Of a stretch of DNA of 64,000 nt, positions 12,419-23,063 are shown piece by piece. The translations under genes were made by a program, and so were the position numbers. The DNA lies in contig NW_013657678.1 of the NCBI RefSeq assembly GCF_000142905.1, forward strand, positions 1-64,000, given 5' to 3'. Numbering within the stretch: position 1 is the first letter of the stretch; every line of letters begins with the position of its first letter. The DNA is from Thecamonas trahens ATCC 50062. Lineage: Eukaryota > Protista > Apusomonadida. The notes beneath the pieces are model-generated. The model saw only the letters and a list, made by a program, of their open reading frames with translations. It made no database searches and was not told the origin of the DNA.

Positions 12419-13089
12419 ATGCCCCGCCGTCGCTCTGGTGGTTTCCGCCGGTACGTTCCTCGTGCTCCTGCTCTCCCTGCCCGACCTCTCCTCGAGTTGA
12501 GCGACCTGCCCGTCATGACGCGCACCACGACCAAGCCGGACTCACCCCCCTCCCCCCTCCCCTCCCCCCTCTCCCCTCTCGCACCTACAACCACAGCTCT
12601 GCCCCGCGTGCTGCCCCGCGCGCTGCCCCGCGCGCTGCCCCGCGCGCTGCTCCGCGCGCTGCCCCGCGCGCTGCTCCGTCGCGGGCCTCGTCGTCCACCG
12701 CTGCTCCGCCCAAGAGCTCGACGAGCTCAAGCTCGAGCTCCAGCAAGCCTGCCGCGGCGCCCGCGGCTGGCGCTGCCGCACCCGCGGCTGGTGGCGGCGG
12801 TTTTCTCTCCAACATGGCTGCTGCCGCCGGTGGCTCCATGCTCGGCTCGATGATCGGCCACTCGCTGTTTGGCGGCTCGAGTTCGAGTGGCGAGGCCGCC
12901 CCTGCTGGTGGCGAGGCTGGCGCCGCCGGCGCCGCTGCTGCCGACCCGTGCTTCGACTTTGCCCGCGCCTTTAACGAGTGCGTCTACGATCCGCAGAACC
13001 AGGGTGACATCGCCTACTGCCAGGGCGTCTTTGACAACCTGCTGCAGTGCCAGCGCGAGGCGACCGCCTCCGCCGCCCCGGCCCAGTAG
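12419..13089 (+). CDS. CHCHD2: Mitochondrial CHCHD2/CHCHD10 (Mix17) family protein
   Basis: MPRRRSGG start; intron 12451-12596; central MA..AGG...GS.IGH.L.G helix; C-terminal twin CX9C (CFDFARAFNEC...CQGVFDNLLQC). Confidence 0.88.
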
Positions 13090-13144
13090 CTGCCCCTTGT
13101 CGGCGTAAATCCTCCCCCCCTACCTTGCAACCTTGCGTCGCTCG

Positions 13145-13690
13145 TCACGGCACAAACCCCATTTCCGCGTCGAGGACCGCCACAAACGCCTCGGACGCCG
13201 GCGGCGGAAACGGCTGCAGCTCGGCTGATCCATCCGATAGCGCCGCCAGCGCCGCCGCCAGCGACTGCGGCTCCGGTTCGGCACGGATCACATACCCTGC
13301 TCCCGCCATCGCCGCTGCAAGCTCTTCCTGGTGGTTATTCATCAGCGAGCCGTTGGCCACAGCGACCATCGGCTTGCCCATCCGCAGGACTTCGGTCACC
13401 GTCCCTGCTCCCGCATGCCCGATCACCCATCCCGCGCCAGCCATGTCCTCCTGCAGGCTCGGCTTGTAGTTGTACACCTCGCAGCCAATCCCCAACCCAT
13501 CACATCGTGCCGCAAGCTCGTCCATCGCCTCCCCGTACCCGCCGACCTGGACCACCACGCCGCTAGCACCTGCCGCAGCCGCTGCCTCGGCCACTGCCGC
13601 CGAGTTGACCGCCGCAATGAGCGCGTCAAACTTGGTCGTCCCCACCGTCACAAACACATGCCCCTTGCTTCTGCTTCTGCTTCTGCTCAT
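13145..13690 (-). CDS. ALG13: UDP-GlcNAc transferase catalytic subunit ALG13
   Basis: VFVTVGTTKFDALI, IGHAGAGT and N.SLMNNHQ.ELA motifs. Confidence 0.93.
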   Translation of the reverse strand: MSRSRSRSKGHVFVTVGTTKFDALIAAVNSAAVAEAAAAAGASGVVVQVGGYGEAMDELAARCDGLGIGCEVYNYKPSLQEDMAGAGWVIGHAGAGTVTEVLRMGKPMVAVANGSLMNNHQEELAAAMAGAGYVIRAEPEPQSLAAALAALSDGSAELQPFPPPASEAFVAVLDAEMGFVP

Positions 13691-13820
13691 GCCTCTTCCC
13701 GCCCTGGCCCGACTCTCGCTACCGTCACGGGTCGAGTGGCCGGCCACCGCCACAGCCTCTCCACTGTGTCTGACCTCACCATCTCTTCCAACCTGTGCTC
13801 AGGCATGCATTCACTCCAGT

Positions 13821-14393
13821 CTACTCGTAAAACGGATCGAGGTTGTACCCGGTGCACTCGGCGATGAGAAAGCCGTGCTCGGCGGTGGCGTTGGCGGTGA
13901 GGACATACGAGCCAAAGCCAGTTTGGACCATGCCCTTGCCCGGTGCCGTTGCGCCGCCGATGAGCCACTGGACCGTAGCGCGGAAGCCAGACGACTCAGT
14001 CACCATGATCGGCGACGCATACGCATACTGGAACGCCAGAAGCGAGGACCGATGCGAGACGCAGAATTGCTCGAGCGCTGCGCGGCCAATCGCCGGTGCA
14101 GGCGCATCGTACTTGATGCCATCGACCGTAAACAGCGCCGCCCAGCCCTTGCAGTCATCAGTGTTGAGTCGGTCGCGATACGCGAGCACCACGTCGTACA
14201 CGCCCTGCGGCGCCGCTCCGCCTGCCATCGGACCAAAGCCGCCCGCCCCGACCACATGCTCGCCAGCCACCTGCATCTCCCCAGCCATCATCACCATCGC
14301 CACCGCTCCAACCATCGCCACCACACACGCCATCGTTGACATTCGCATACACTGCCTGCTACGTTCACCTGTGCCCATCACTCCGTCCATCAC
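13821..14393 (-). CDS. Secreted SnoaL/NTF2-like domain protein (start uncertain, possibly 14348 or 14333)
   Basis: Hydrophobic signal-like segment followed by VVLAY...N..D..GWAALF..DG...P.....GR.A...F, a SnoaL-like pattern. Confidence 0.65.
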   Translation of the reverse strand: MMDGVMGTGERSRQCMRMSTMACVVAMVGAVAMVMMAGEMQVAGEHVVGAGGFGPMAGGAAPQGVYDVVLAYRDRLNTDDCKGWAALFTVDGIKYDAPAPAIGRAALEQFCVSHRSSLLAFQYAYASPIMVTESSGFRATVQWLIGGATAPGKGMVQTGFGSYVLTANATAEHGFLIAECTGYNLDPFYE

Positions 14394-14622
14394 CCGCCAT
14401 GAGTCCTGCCCTCCCGGCCAGCTCTCACAACTCCACCCGTTGCATGTGGCCCTGCCACCACAGTTACAGCCACCATGGCCATCATCCCCTTCCCCTCACC
14501 CTCCGACGACCTACCGCTGCGACAAGTGCCGGCCACTCCAACTGCGACTCGCCTGCGAACCACACACACACACACACCGGCCCAACCACCCCCACCACAC
14601 ACAACACACCACTCGAGGAGAC

Positions 14623-17073
14623 ATGAAGTTCTACCTCGATGGCCTCCTGGTGTACTTCCCCTACCCACGGGTGTATCCGGAACAGTACGCTTACATGCAG
14701 CACCTCAAGCGGGCCCTGGACGCCGGAGGCCATGCTGCGCTGGAGATGCCTTCCGGAACCGGCAAGACCATCACCCTGCTCGCTCTGGTCACCTCGTACC
14801 AGCTGGCACACCCAGAAGTAGGCAAGCTCATTTACTGCTCGCGGACGGTGCCCGAAATCGAAAAGGCGCTGGAGGAGCTGCGCAACCTGGTGGCGTACAC
14901 CGAGGAGGACCGCGGCCTGGCGCCCAACTCGACCATCCTTGGCATCGGCCTCTCGTCGCGCCGCAACCTATGCATCCATCCTGCGCTGGAGAACGAGTCG
15001 AACGGGAAAGAGGTCGACGCCCGCTGCCACTCGATGACCGCGTCGTGGATCCGCGACGCCCGAGTGCCCGCCGCCGCCGCCCGCCGCCGCGCCCGCGCCA
15101 CAGACCGCGCCCGCCGCCGCCGCGCAGGCGACGGCCAGCCCGACGACGAGCTCGACGACGCCGAGCTGGCCGGCCCGTCCGACGGTCTCACCGACATTGA
15201 GGATCTGGCAGTGACCACCCCCGAGGGCGCCGCCGCCGTAGGCCTCTGCTCGTACTACGAAGGTCTCGATGCTGCCGGCCGCGACGGCCTTCTCCCGCCG
15301 GGCGTGTATACCCTGGAGGACCTGCGCGAGTTTGGCCGCGCCAAGGGCTGGTGTCCGTACTTTCTGGCCCGGAACATGGTTCAGGACGCCAACGTTGTCA
15401 TCTACTCGTACCAGTACATGCTCGACCCCAAGATTGCCGCCCTCATCTCGTCAGAGCTCTCCAAAGACTCGGTCGTGGTCTTTGACGAGGCTCACAACAT
15501 CGACAATGTGTGCATCGAGGCGCTCTCCGTCCACATTGACCGCCCCGTCCTGGCCGCCGCCAAGCGCGCCGTCCGCGCACTCGAGCGCAACGTCGCCGAG
15601 ATCAAGGCCTCCAATCTGGACAAGCTCCGCGCCGAGTACGAGGTCCTCGTCCAGGGCCTGCGGACAATGGCCCAGTCGCGGGCCTCCGACGCCATTCTTG
15701 CCAACCCCTCGCTCTCGGACGAGGTGCTCAACGAGGCCGTGCCGGGCAACATCCGCAAGGCCGAGCACTTTGTAGTCTTCCTCAAGCGCCTCGTCGAGTA
15801 CCTCAAGTTCCGCATCAACACCCGCGAGGTCAAGGAGCTCAAGCCGGCCGCCTTTCTGGACGACGCAAAGTCGGTGGCCGCCCTCGATGCCAAACCGCTG
15901 CGGTTCACCGCCGAGCGCCTAGCCTCGCTCCTGCGGACGCTCGAGATCACCGACATCAAAGAGTACGCCGCGCTCAAGCTGGTCGCCGACTTTGGCACCC
16001 TCGTCGCCACCTACTCGCAGGGCTTCCTCGTCCTCATCGAGCCGTACGCCAACGTCGAGGGCGCACAGGTCTTTGATCCCGTCCTTATCTTCTCGTGCCT
16101 CGACGCCTCGGTCGCCATTCGCCCAGTCTTTGAGCGCTTCCGCACCGTCGTCATCACCTCGGGCACCCTCTCGCCGCTTGACATGTACCCCAAGATGCTC
16201 TCGTTTACCCCGGTCGCATCCGAGTCGTTCCCAATGTCGCTCACCCGAGAGTGCCTCTGCCCGCTCGTCGTCACCCGCGGCTCGGACCAGTGCGCCATCT
16301 CCACAAAGTACGACATGCGGAGCGACATGACCGTCATCCGCAACTTTGGCTCGCTCCTCGTAGAGCTCTCGGGCGTGGTTCCCGACGGCATCGTCGCCTT
16401 CTTCACCTCGTACTCGTACATGGAGTCCATCGTCGCCACCTGGCACAAGATCGGCATCCTCAACCTCATTCTCAAGAACAAGCTCATCTTCATCGAGACC
16501 CAGGACTTTGCCGAGACCGCTATCGCCCTCGACAACTACCGCAAGGCCTGTGACTCGGGCCGCGGCGCCGTCCTCCTCTCCGTCGCTCGCGGCAAGGTCT
16601 CCGAGGGCATTGACTTTTCTGACCACTACGGCCGCGCCGTCGTCCTCTTTGGCGTCCCCTTTGTCTACACCGAGTCGCGCATTCTCAAGGCCCGCCTCGC
16701 CTACCTCCAGGAGCAGTTCCAGATCCGCGACGCCGACTTTCTCACCTTTGACGCCATGCGCAATGCCGCCCAGTGCGTCGGCCGCGTCATCCGCGGCAAG
16801 ACCGACTACGGTGTCATGATCTTTGCCGACAAGCGCTACAACCGCGCTGACAAGCGCGACAAGCTCCCGGCTTGGATTGCCCAGTACCTCACCGGCGCAA
16901 ACCTCAATCTCTCGTCCGACATGGCCATCCAGGTTGCCAAGGACTTTCTCCTCAACATGGCTCAGCCCGTCGCCAAGGATCCCCAGGCCGAAGCCGCCAC
17001 TCTCTGGGACGAGGCCTACGTCAACTCGCTCCCATCCGCCACCCCTCCTCCGGGCGCTGAGCCCATCGGCTGA
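14623..17073 (+). CDS. ERCC2: TFIIH 5'-3' Fe-S helicase XPD/Rad3
   Basis: [42 protein letters not shown] and [14 protein letters not shown] motifs; four Fe-S cysteines present. Confidence 0.98.
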   Translation: MKFYLDGLLVYFPYPRVYPEQYAYMQHLKRALDAGGHAALEMPSGTGKTITLLALVTSYQLAHPEVGKLIYCSRTVPEIEKALEELRNLVAYTEEDRGLAPNSTILGIGLSSRRNLCIHPALENESNGKEVDARCHSMTASWIRDARVPAAAARRRARATDRARRRRAGDGQPDDELDDAELAGPSDGLTDIEDLAVTTPEGAAAVGLCSYYEGLDAAGRDGLLPPGVYTLEDLREFGRAKGWCPYFLARNMVQDANVVIYSYQYMLDPKIAALISSELSKDSVVVFDEAHNIDNVCIEALSVHIDRPVLAAAKRAVRALERNVAEIKASNLDKLRAEYEVLVQGLRTMAQSRASDAILANPSLSDEVLNEAVPGNIRKAEHFVVFLKRLVEYLKFRINTREVKELKPAAFLDDAKSVAALDAKPLRFTAERLASLLRTLEITDIKEYAALKLVADFGTLVATYSQGFLVLIEPYANVEGAQVFDPVLIFSCLDASVAIRPVFERFRTVVITSGTLSPLDMYPKMLSFTPVASESFPMSLTRECLCPLVVTRGSDQCAISTKYDMRSDMTVIRNFGSLLVELSGVVPDGIVAFFTSYSYMESIVATWHKIGILNLILKNKLIFIETQDFAETAIALDNYRKACDSGRGAVLLSVARGKVSEGIDFSDHYGRAVVLFGVPFVYTESRILKARLAYLQEQFQIRDADFLTFDAMRNAAQCVGRVIRGKTDYGVMIFADKRYNRADKRDKLPAWIAQYLTGANLNLSSDMAIQVAKDFLLNMAQPVAKDPQAEAATLWDEAYVNSLPSATPPPGAEPIG

Positions 17074-17308
17074 TCGAGCTTCTCACCCGCCAAGCCTGCC
17101 AGCATCACACATGATGATGATGACGACTGCAGTGCTGATGACTACCACAATGACAACTGCCAAGATTGCAGCCAATGATGGCAAGCATAGCCTCGTCGCA
17201 AAGCAGTACAAAACTATGCCCGCGCCTCCCTTCTCCTCCGCCCCCGCCCCCCCAAACGGCTCGCTGCCAAAACTCCTCCGCTACGCACCACTTCTCCCAT
17301 TCACCACC

Positions 17309-18291
17309 ATGCTCCGCCTTGCCACCACGCTCGGGCGCGTCACCGCCACTTCGTCGGCGACGTTTGCCACTGCGGCCCGCGTCCTCGCCGAGGACCCCAT
17401 GGCTGCCGGCCCCAAGGACATTCCGGAGAAGCTCACCCTCACCCTTGCCACTCCGGACAAGGTACGTTTGCTGCCGCGGATGCCGTGCCCGGTCGGCCTG
17501 GTCACGACCTGCTTCCCCTCGCCAGCCCAGGGCGGGATCACCCGGTCTCCCGCTCCCGCGCACCGCACCGCCTCCTACGCGCGCACAGTCACTCCTGCGC
17601 ACTGAACGCCCGTGCTACGAGCCTACTGCGCTTGCTAGCTGCACCCGCTGTGCATGTCCCATGCCCTTGGCGGCCCCCTGCCACCGGTAGGACCTCCTAC
17701 AGCCTCCTCCCCCGCGAGTGCAATTTTTTGAGGTCATCCCCGGACGAGGCCGACCCGCGGGCCGAGTCGCCCAGCGGAGGCGGTAGAGTGGCTGGACGAG
17801 AGGGTTTGGGCAGGGAGAGACGGCGGAGGGAACAAGATGGAGACTCACGGGGGGAACTGGGTGTATTGGGTACTTGACTGGGCGAACTTTGGGCCGAGTA
17901 CGTGCAGGCGCTGTACGAGAACGAGGAGGTGTACTGCACGCTCATCCCGTCGATGGTGGGCATGACTGGTGTGCTTCCGGGCCATGTTGCCCTCGTCACT
18001 GAGCTCAAGCCTGGTGTGGTCGTTGTCCAGAAGGAGTCGGACGGCCCGAAGGAGCAGTACTTTGTCCCGACCGGCTTTGCTGTCGTCAACGACGACTCGA
18101 CGCTCAACATCAACGTGCCCGAGGCTGTCCCTGTTGCCGACATTGACATTGAGGCTGCCCGCGCTGCGCAGACAGAGTACACCAACGCCTTCTCCGCCGC
18201 CTCCACCGACGAGGAGCGTGCCCGCGCACAGATCGGCGCCGAGCTGTACGGCACCATGGTCCTCGCCGCCTCGCAGGACGTCTTTGCGTAG
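17309..18291 (+). CDS. ATP5F1D: Mitochondrial F1 ATP synthase delta subunit (2 exons)
   Basis: Mitochondrial presequence; LTLTLATP; intron 17462-17907; G.TGVLPGHV.LVTELKPGVV; C-terminal helical hairpin. Confidence 0.92.
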
Positions 18292-18394
18292 TCTGGAACC
18301 GCAAGCAGAGCTGCAGTCACAAGCAAACACACACATCATACACATCATACACACACACCGTGTCCTAGTGGTTTTAATTCCGGTAGCGCCGCCG

Positions 18395-19822
18395 TCAAAA
18401 GTCGATGACGCCCTCCCGGATCGCAGCCTCCTGCTTGATCTCGCGGATCGAGGCGAGGAGCGACTTGAGAAAGACGTTCTCAAAGTAGCCAAAGTACGGC
18501 TTGAGCGAGGTGAGACTGTAAGCGCGGCCCGACTGCGAAGCAACGTCCATCGGGCTCGGCTCGTCGGCGCTGGGCGCCGGCGCCTTGGCCGCCTCGGTCA
18601 GCTCGGCCGCGAGCTGCGAGACGGTGGGCACGTCAAACGGCGAAAAGTCGGCCACGCGCGCGGGGTCGAGCGGGACACACACGCGCCCGGTCTTGGGATG
18701 CACGCAGAACGGCGACTTGAGCAGATGGTTGAGGCCCTTGGAGACGTGGATGTCCAGCCGCGGGTAGCAGAACTGTAGCATGATCTCGGTGAGATCGGCG
18801 CTGCGGTAGCTGTTCTGCGCGTACATGTCCTTGATGCCCTCCCACACCCCGAGCGCGTTGTCACCGTCCTGCTGGATGAGCGCGTTGCGGATGCCGGCCC
18901 GTGCCGACTCGTCCGAGATGAGCGGGAGGATCTTGTCCCACCGCTCTGCGCAGCCAAACATGCCCTGCTCCTCCAGCACCAGCTCCTCAAAGTACTCTTC
19001 GACCACCGCCGCCGCCCGCTCCACCGATGGATGCATCGGCGTGGTGACAAAGACCTTGCGGCCAGAGTCCTCCGAGCCGCGGATGAGGTTGAGGTACTCG
19101 GCAACCGCAGACCGCCCGTTCTGCGACAACGCACGCGCCCGCGGATCGCACACCCAGCAATGGATCCCGCGCCGCCCAGAGTACACCCACAGCAGGTGCT
19201 CAAAGCCAAAGTCCTCGCGGAGCGCAGTGTCCAGCACCCGGATGGCAATCGTCATAAACGGCCAGCACTTGGTGCAGATGTCCGCTCCCGAGCAGCACGT
19301 CCGCACCTCGTCGTAGTCGGTCATATCGATATCAAACACAAGCTCCTTCTCCAGCGGCTTGAACGCGCCCGCAGGAATCGTCTTGTGGTCCTTGGGCGGT
19401 GCGTTGTACACCGCCCCAATGTCGATCTTGAACGGCCGCTTCTTGCGGATCTCCGCCTCGAGCTCCGCCGCAGACGCAAACGACTGGTACCGGATGTACA
19501 CGTCATCCTCGAGCGTGAACGAGAACTCGCGCCGCGAGACGTATGAGCCCTGCAGGCCCATCCCATCGCCACGCCCGCCCGCCGCAGCCTCACCCACTCC
19601 GGCCGCGCCGAGCCCCGTCGCCGCAGCCACAGACGTGCCCGAGACATCGCCGTACGAGAGCCACTCGAAAAAGGGGGCAAAGGGGAAGAGACGCGAGTAG
19701 TAGAACCGCAACAGCTCCGGGAACTCATCCGAGAGTTCCGTCGGCGCCACATTGACTTGCGACGCTTCGCCCGCGACAACCTCATCCACACGCCGCTTCG
19801 TTCCTGTCGCCAGACCCGCCAT
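18395..19822 (-). CDS. PRIM1: DNA primase small (catalytic) subunit
   Basis: REFSFTL, ELVFDIDMTDYD, YSGRRGIHCWVCD and HLLKSPFCVHPKTG motifs. Confidence 0.98.
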   Translation of the reverse strand: MAGLATGTKRRVDEVVAGEASQVNVAPTELSDEFPELLRFYYSRLFPFAPFFEWLSYGDVSGTSVAAATGLGAAGVGEAAAGGRGDGMGLQGSYVSRREFSFTLEDDVYIRYQSFASAAELEAEIRKKRPFKIDIGAVYNAPPKDHKTIPAGAFKPLEKELVFDIDMTDYDEVRTCCSGADICTKCWPFMTIAIRVLDTALREDFGFEHLLWVYSGRRGIHCWVCDPRARALSQNGRSAVAEYLNLIRGSEDSGRKVFVTTPMHPSVERAAAVVEEYFEELVLEEQGMFGCAERWDKILPLISDESARAGIRNALIQQDGDNALGVWEGIKDMYAQNSYRSADLTEIMLQFCYPRLDIHVSKGLNHLLKSPFCVHPKTGRVCVPLDPARVADFSPFDVPTVSQLAAELTEAAKAPAPSADEPSPMDVASQSGRAYSLTSLKPYFGYFENVFLKSLLASIREIKQEAAIREGVIDF

Positions 19823-20140
19823 ACATCAGTACTCACCGTCCGTGAGTTGCCCCGCCGAGTTGATTCTACACTCGCCGCCCGACCCCCCAACCCCCCCCCC
19901 CCCCCCAACCCCACCACCACCACCACTATTCATGCCCACCACACCCTCATCTTCCCGCTCTACACATGTGCATTCAACATACCACGCGACTCGTCCTTCT
20001 CCGGGGACATGGGAGACGGAGACGAAGTGGCGTTGGCCGGAGGCGTGTCGCTCATGGCTCGAATGGTCGACGAGTGTTGCCCGATGCAGCCCCCCCCCCC
20101 ATCCCTGAACCATGCCCACCGACACACACACACACACACG

Positions 20141-20176
<36 letters not shown>

Positions 20177-20188
20177 TATATACACATA

Positions 20189-20250
20189 CAATCGCAATCA
20201 CAATCACAATCACAATCACAATCACAATCACAATCACAATCACAATCACA
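20189..20250. repeat. (CAATCA)n hexanucleotide microsatellite next to a CA/TA tract in the PRIM1-ADA divergent intergenic region
   Basis: Direct observation. Confidence 0.9.
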
Positions 20251-20439
20251 AACCCCACACATATCAACCACAATGACCAACCCCCCCCCCCTCCCCCCCC
20301 CCCCCACGCCCCGCCCGTCCCCCGTCCCGCGCAAACTGCCCTGGGACATTCACTCGCCACCTTCCCGCACCGTCCAACCTCTCACACTCACACTCACACT
20401 CACACTCCACACTCCACTCACCCCCAACACACACGCATA

Positions 20440-23044
20440 ATGGCACAGGACAGACCCAAGCTCACCGTGGACATCATCCGCAAACTCCCCAAGGTACACC
20501 CTCCTCCCCTTCCCCCTTCCCCGCGCCCCCAGGCCCCCCCGTCTCCCTCCTCTGCTCACTCCCTCTACTCACACACACACACACACGCACACACGCACAC
20601 GCACCACGTACACAGGTCGACCTCCATCGCCACCTCGACGGTTCGGTCCGTGTGGAGACGGTGGTAGAGCTGGCCGAAGAGCAGGGTGTCTGCCTCCCGA
20701 CCAACGATCTCGAGGAGTTGCGGGCGCTCATCGAGGTCGACAACGACTGCGAGAGCCTCGTCGAGTACCTCCGCGGCTTTACCATTGTCAACTCTGTGGC
20801 GCAAAAGCCGTACGCGCTCACGCGCATGTTCTTCGAGGCGTGTGAGGACGCCGTGGCCGACGGCCTCCGCTACGTCGAGATCCGCTTTGCGCCCATCCTC
20901 CACGTCAACGAGCTCATGTCGCTGACCCAGGTGATGGAGGCCGTGTGCGAGGGCAAGGCCATGGCCGAGTACCACCTACCCATCACTGCCCGCATCATCC
21001 TCTGCGGCATGCGCCACATGCCGCCCGAGACCACCATGTCGGTGGCAGAGCTTGCCTGGCGCTACCGCAACCGCGGCGTTGTCGCCTTTGACCTCGCCGG
21101 TCCCGAGTCTGGCTTTGCCTCGTCCAAGCACAAGGCCGCCTTTGAGCTCGTTCGCAAGCAAATGCTCAAGATGACCGTCCACTCGGGCGAGGCCGCCGGC
21201 GCCGAGTCCATCCTCGACGCCATCCGCTACTGCGGCGCCCACCGCATCGGCCACGGCACCACCCTCGGCGACTCGCCCGAGCTCCTGGCCTACGTCGTCA
21301 ATCGCGGCATCCCGCTCGAGGTCTGCCCCACCTCCAACCTCCAGACCAAGGCCGTCTCGGCGCTTGCCGACCATCCACTCAAGTCCTACCTCGAGGCCAA
21401 CGTCTGCGTCACCATCAACACCGACAACCCACGCATCTCGGGTGTCACTCTCTCCGACGAGCTCATGGTCTGCCACACCGAGCTTGGCATGGACCTCGCC
21501 CAGATCGTCCGCATCATCGACAACGGCTTCTCCGCCACCTTTCTCGAGCGTGGAACCAAGAAGCGCATGCGCGCAGAGGCCCTCTACCAGACCGTCTCCA
21601 TCCTCCGCTCCGAGGGCTTTGACGTCTCGCCCATCGTCAACGACCCGCACTACTACTCGGCCGCCGTCAACTTTCACAAGTCGCTCCAGGACCCGTACTG
21701 GGGCACCGCTTCCCAACCGGCCATCTCGCGCGACCTCGTCGCCGCTCTCCCCAAAATCGACGCCCACCGCCGCGTCGCCGGCTCGGCCTCGCTCGACGTT
21801 GTCTGGAAGCACTTTGCCGACGCCGTCACCGACGACTCCTGCCCCGTCACCGCCGCCGCCGTCCTCGGCCTCGACCCGCCACAGGACGCCCCGGCCACCT
21901 GGCTCCCCGACCGCGCCGTCTTTGACGCCCTCGTCGAGTCGTCCGACACACACACCCCGGGCTCGACCTCGGTCGCCAAGCGCGTCTTCAACCTTGCGCT
22001 GCAGACCCGCGACGCCATCGCAGACTCGGTCGCGGACATCTTTGCTTCCGCCGCCGCAGACAACTACCTCTACATCGAGCTGGTCCTCGAGCCCTCGTTC
22101 CACACCGGCCGCGGCCTGACCATGGCACACATTGTCGACGCCACCCTCGATGCCATTGCATCCGCCTCCGAGTCCACCGGCGTCCTCGCCGGTCTAGTCC
22201 TCGCCGTCTCAGTCTCGCCAGCCACCCTCTGCGACCCGCTTGTCTTCCGCGAGATTGCTGAGCTCGCCGTCGCTCGCAAGGGCCCTGTCTCTGGCGTCGG
22301 CGCTTTGGCTCCATCGACCTCGCCCCTGAAGACTACCGCTACTACCAGGCCACCTTTGACTTTCTCAAGGACGCTACCATGCCGGTCGTCATCTCCGCCG
22401 GTTCGCAGTCGCCCGAGACCGTCCTCGCTGCGCTCTCTGACGGCGGCGCCGACCGCATCTCCGGCGGCTTCCAGATTCACAAGGAGCCGCAGCTGTTCAA
22501 CTACATCGCCGACCTCGGCATCCCGCTCGAGCTCGGCATCACCGACAAGCTCAAGCTCTACACCGCAGACACCGACTTGTTCACCCCGTCGCCGGTCAAG
22601 CTCTTCCTCGACAACGAGATCTCCGTCGCGCTCTGCTCCTTCCGCGCCACCATGTACACCACCAAGCTCGTGGACTCGATCGCTGACCTTGTCGTCCGCG
22701 CAGACATCAACATCGCGTACCTGCTCAAGCTCCTTGCCGGCGGCATCGATGCCATCTTTGCCCCGTACGACCTGAAGTGCAAGCTCCGCTCGCACTTCTT
22801 TGACGCTGCCACACGTATCGCCCACGAGCATGGCTTTGTCTACATCCACTTTATGCACTACATGCAGGTTCCGGCCGGCCACGCTGACCGCTACCAGTAC
22901 GGCGCGTTCGAGGCAAACGAGCCAACCATCGACGACGACATGTTCGTCAACTGGTCGCTCGCCGCCCGCATGGCGCGCGAGTCCGAGCCGGCCGTCCTCG
23001 CCGCACTCGCTGACCCGTGCAAGGAAAGCTCGTCCGATGCCTAA
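20440..23044 (+). CDS. Tandem two-domain adenosine deaminase family protein (2 exons; apparent frameshift near 22305)
   Basis: Exon 1 20440-20493, intron to 20615. Domain 1 has LPKVDLHRHLDGS, DLAGPE, HSGE, RIGHG, EVCPTSN and NTDNP. A second LPKIDAH... domain continues in ORF 22379-23044. Confidence 0.88.
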
Positions 23045-23063
23045 TCGCGCCCTGCACGGCCTC

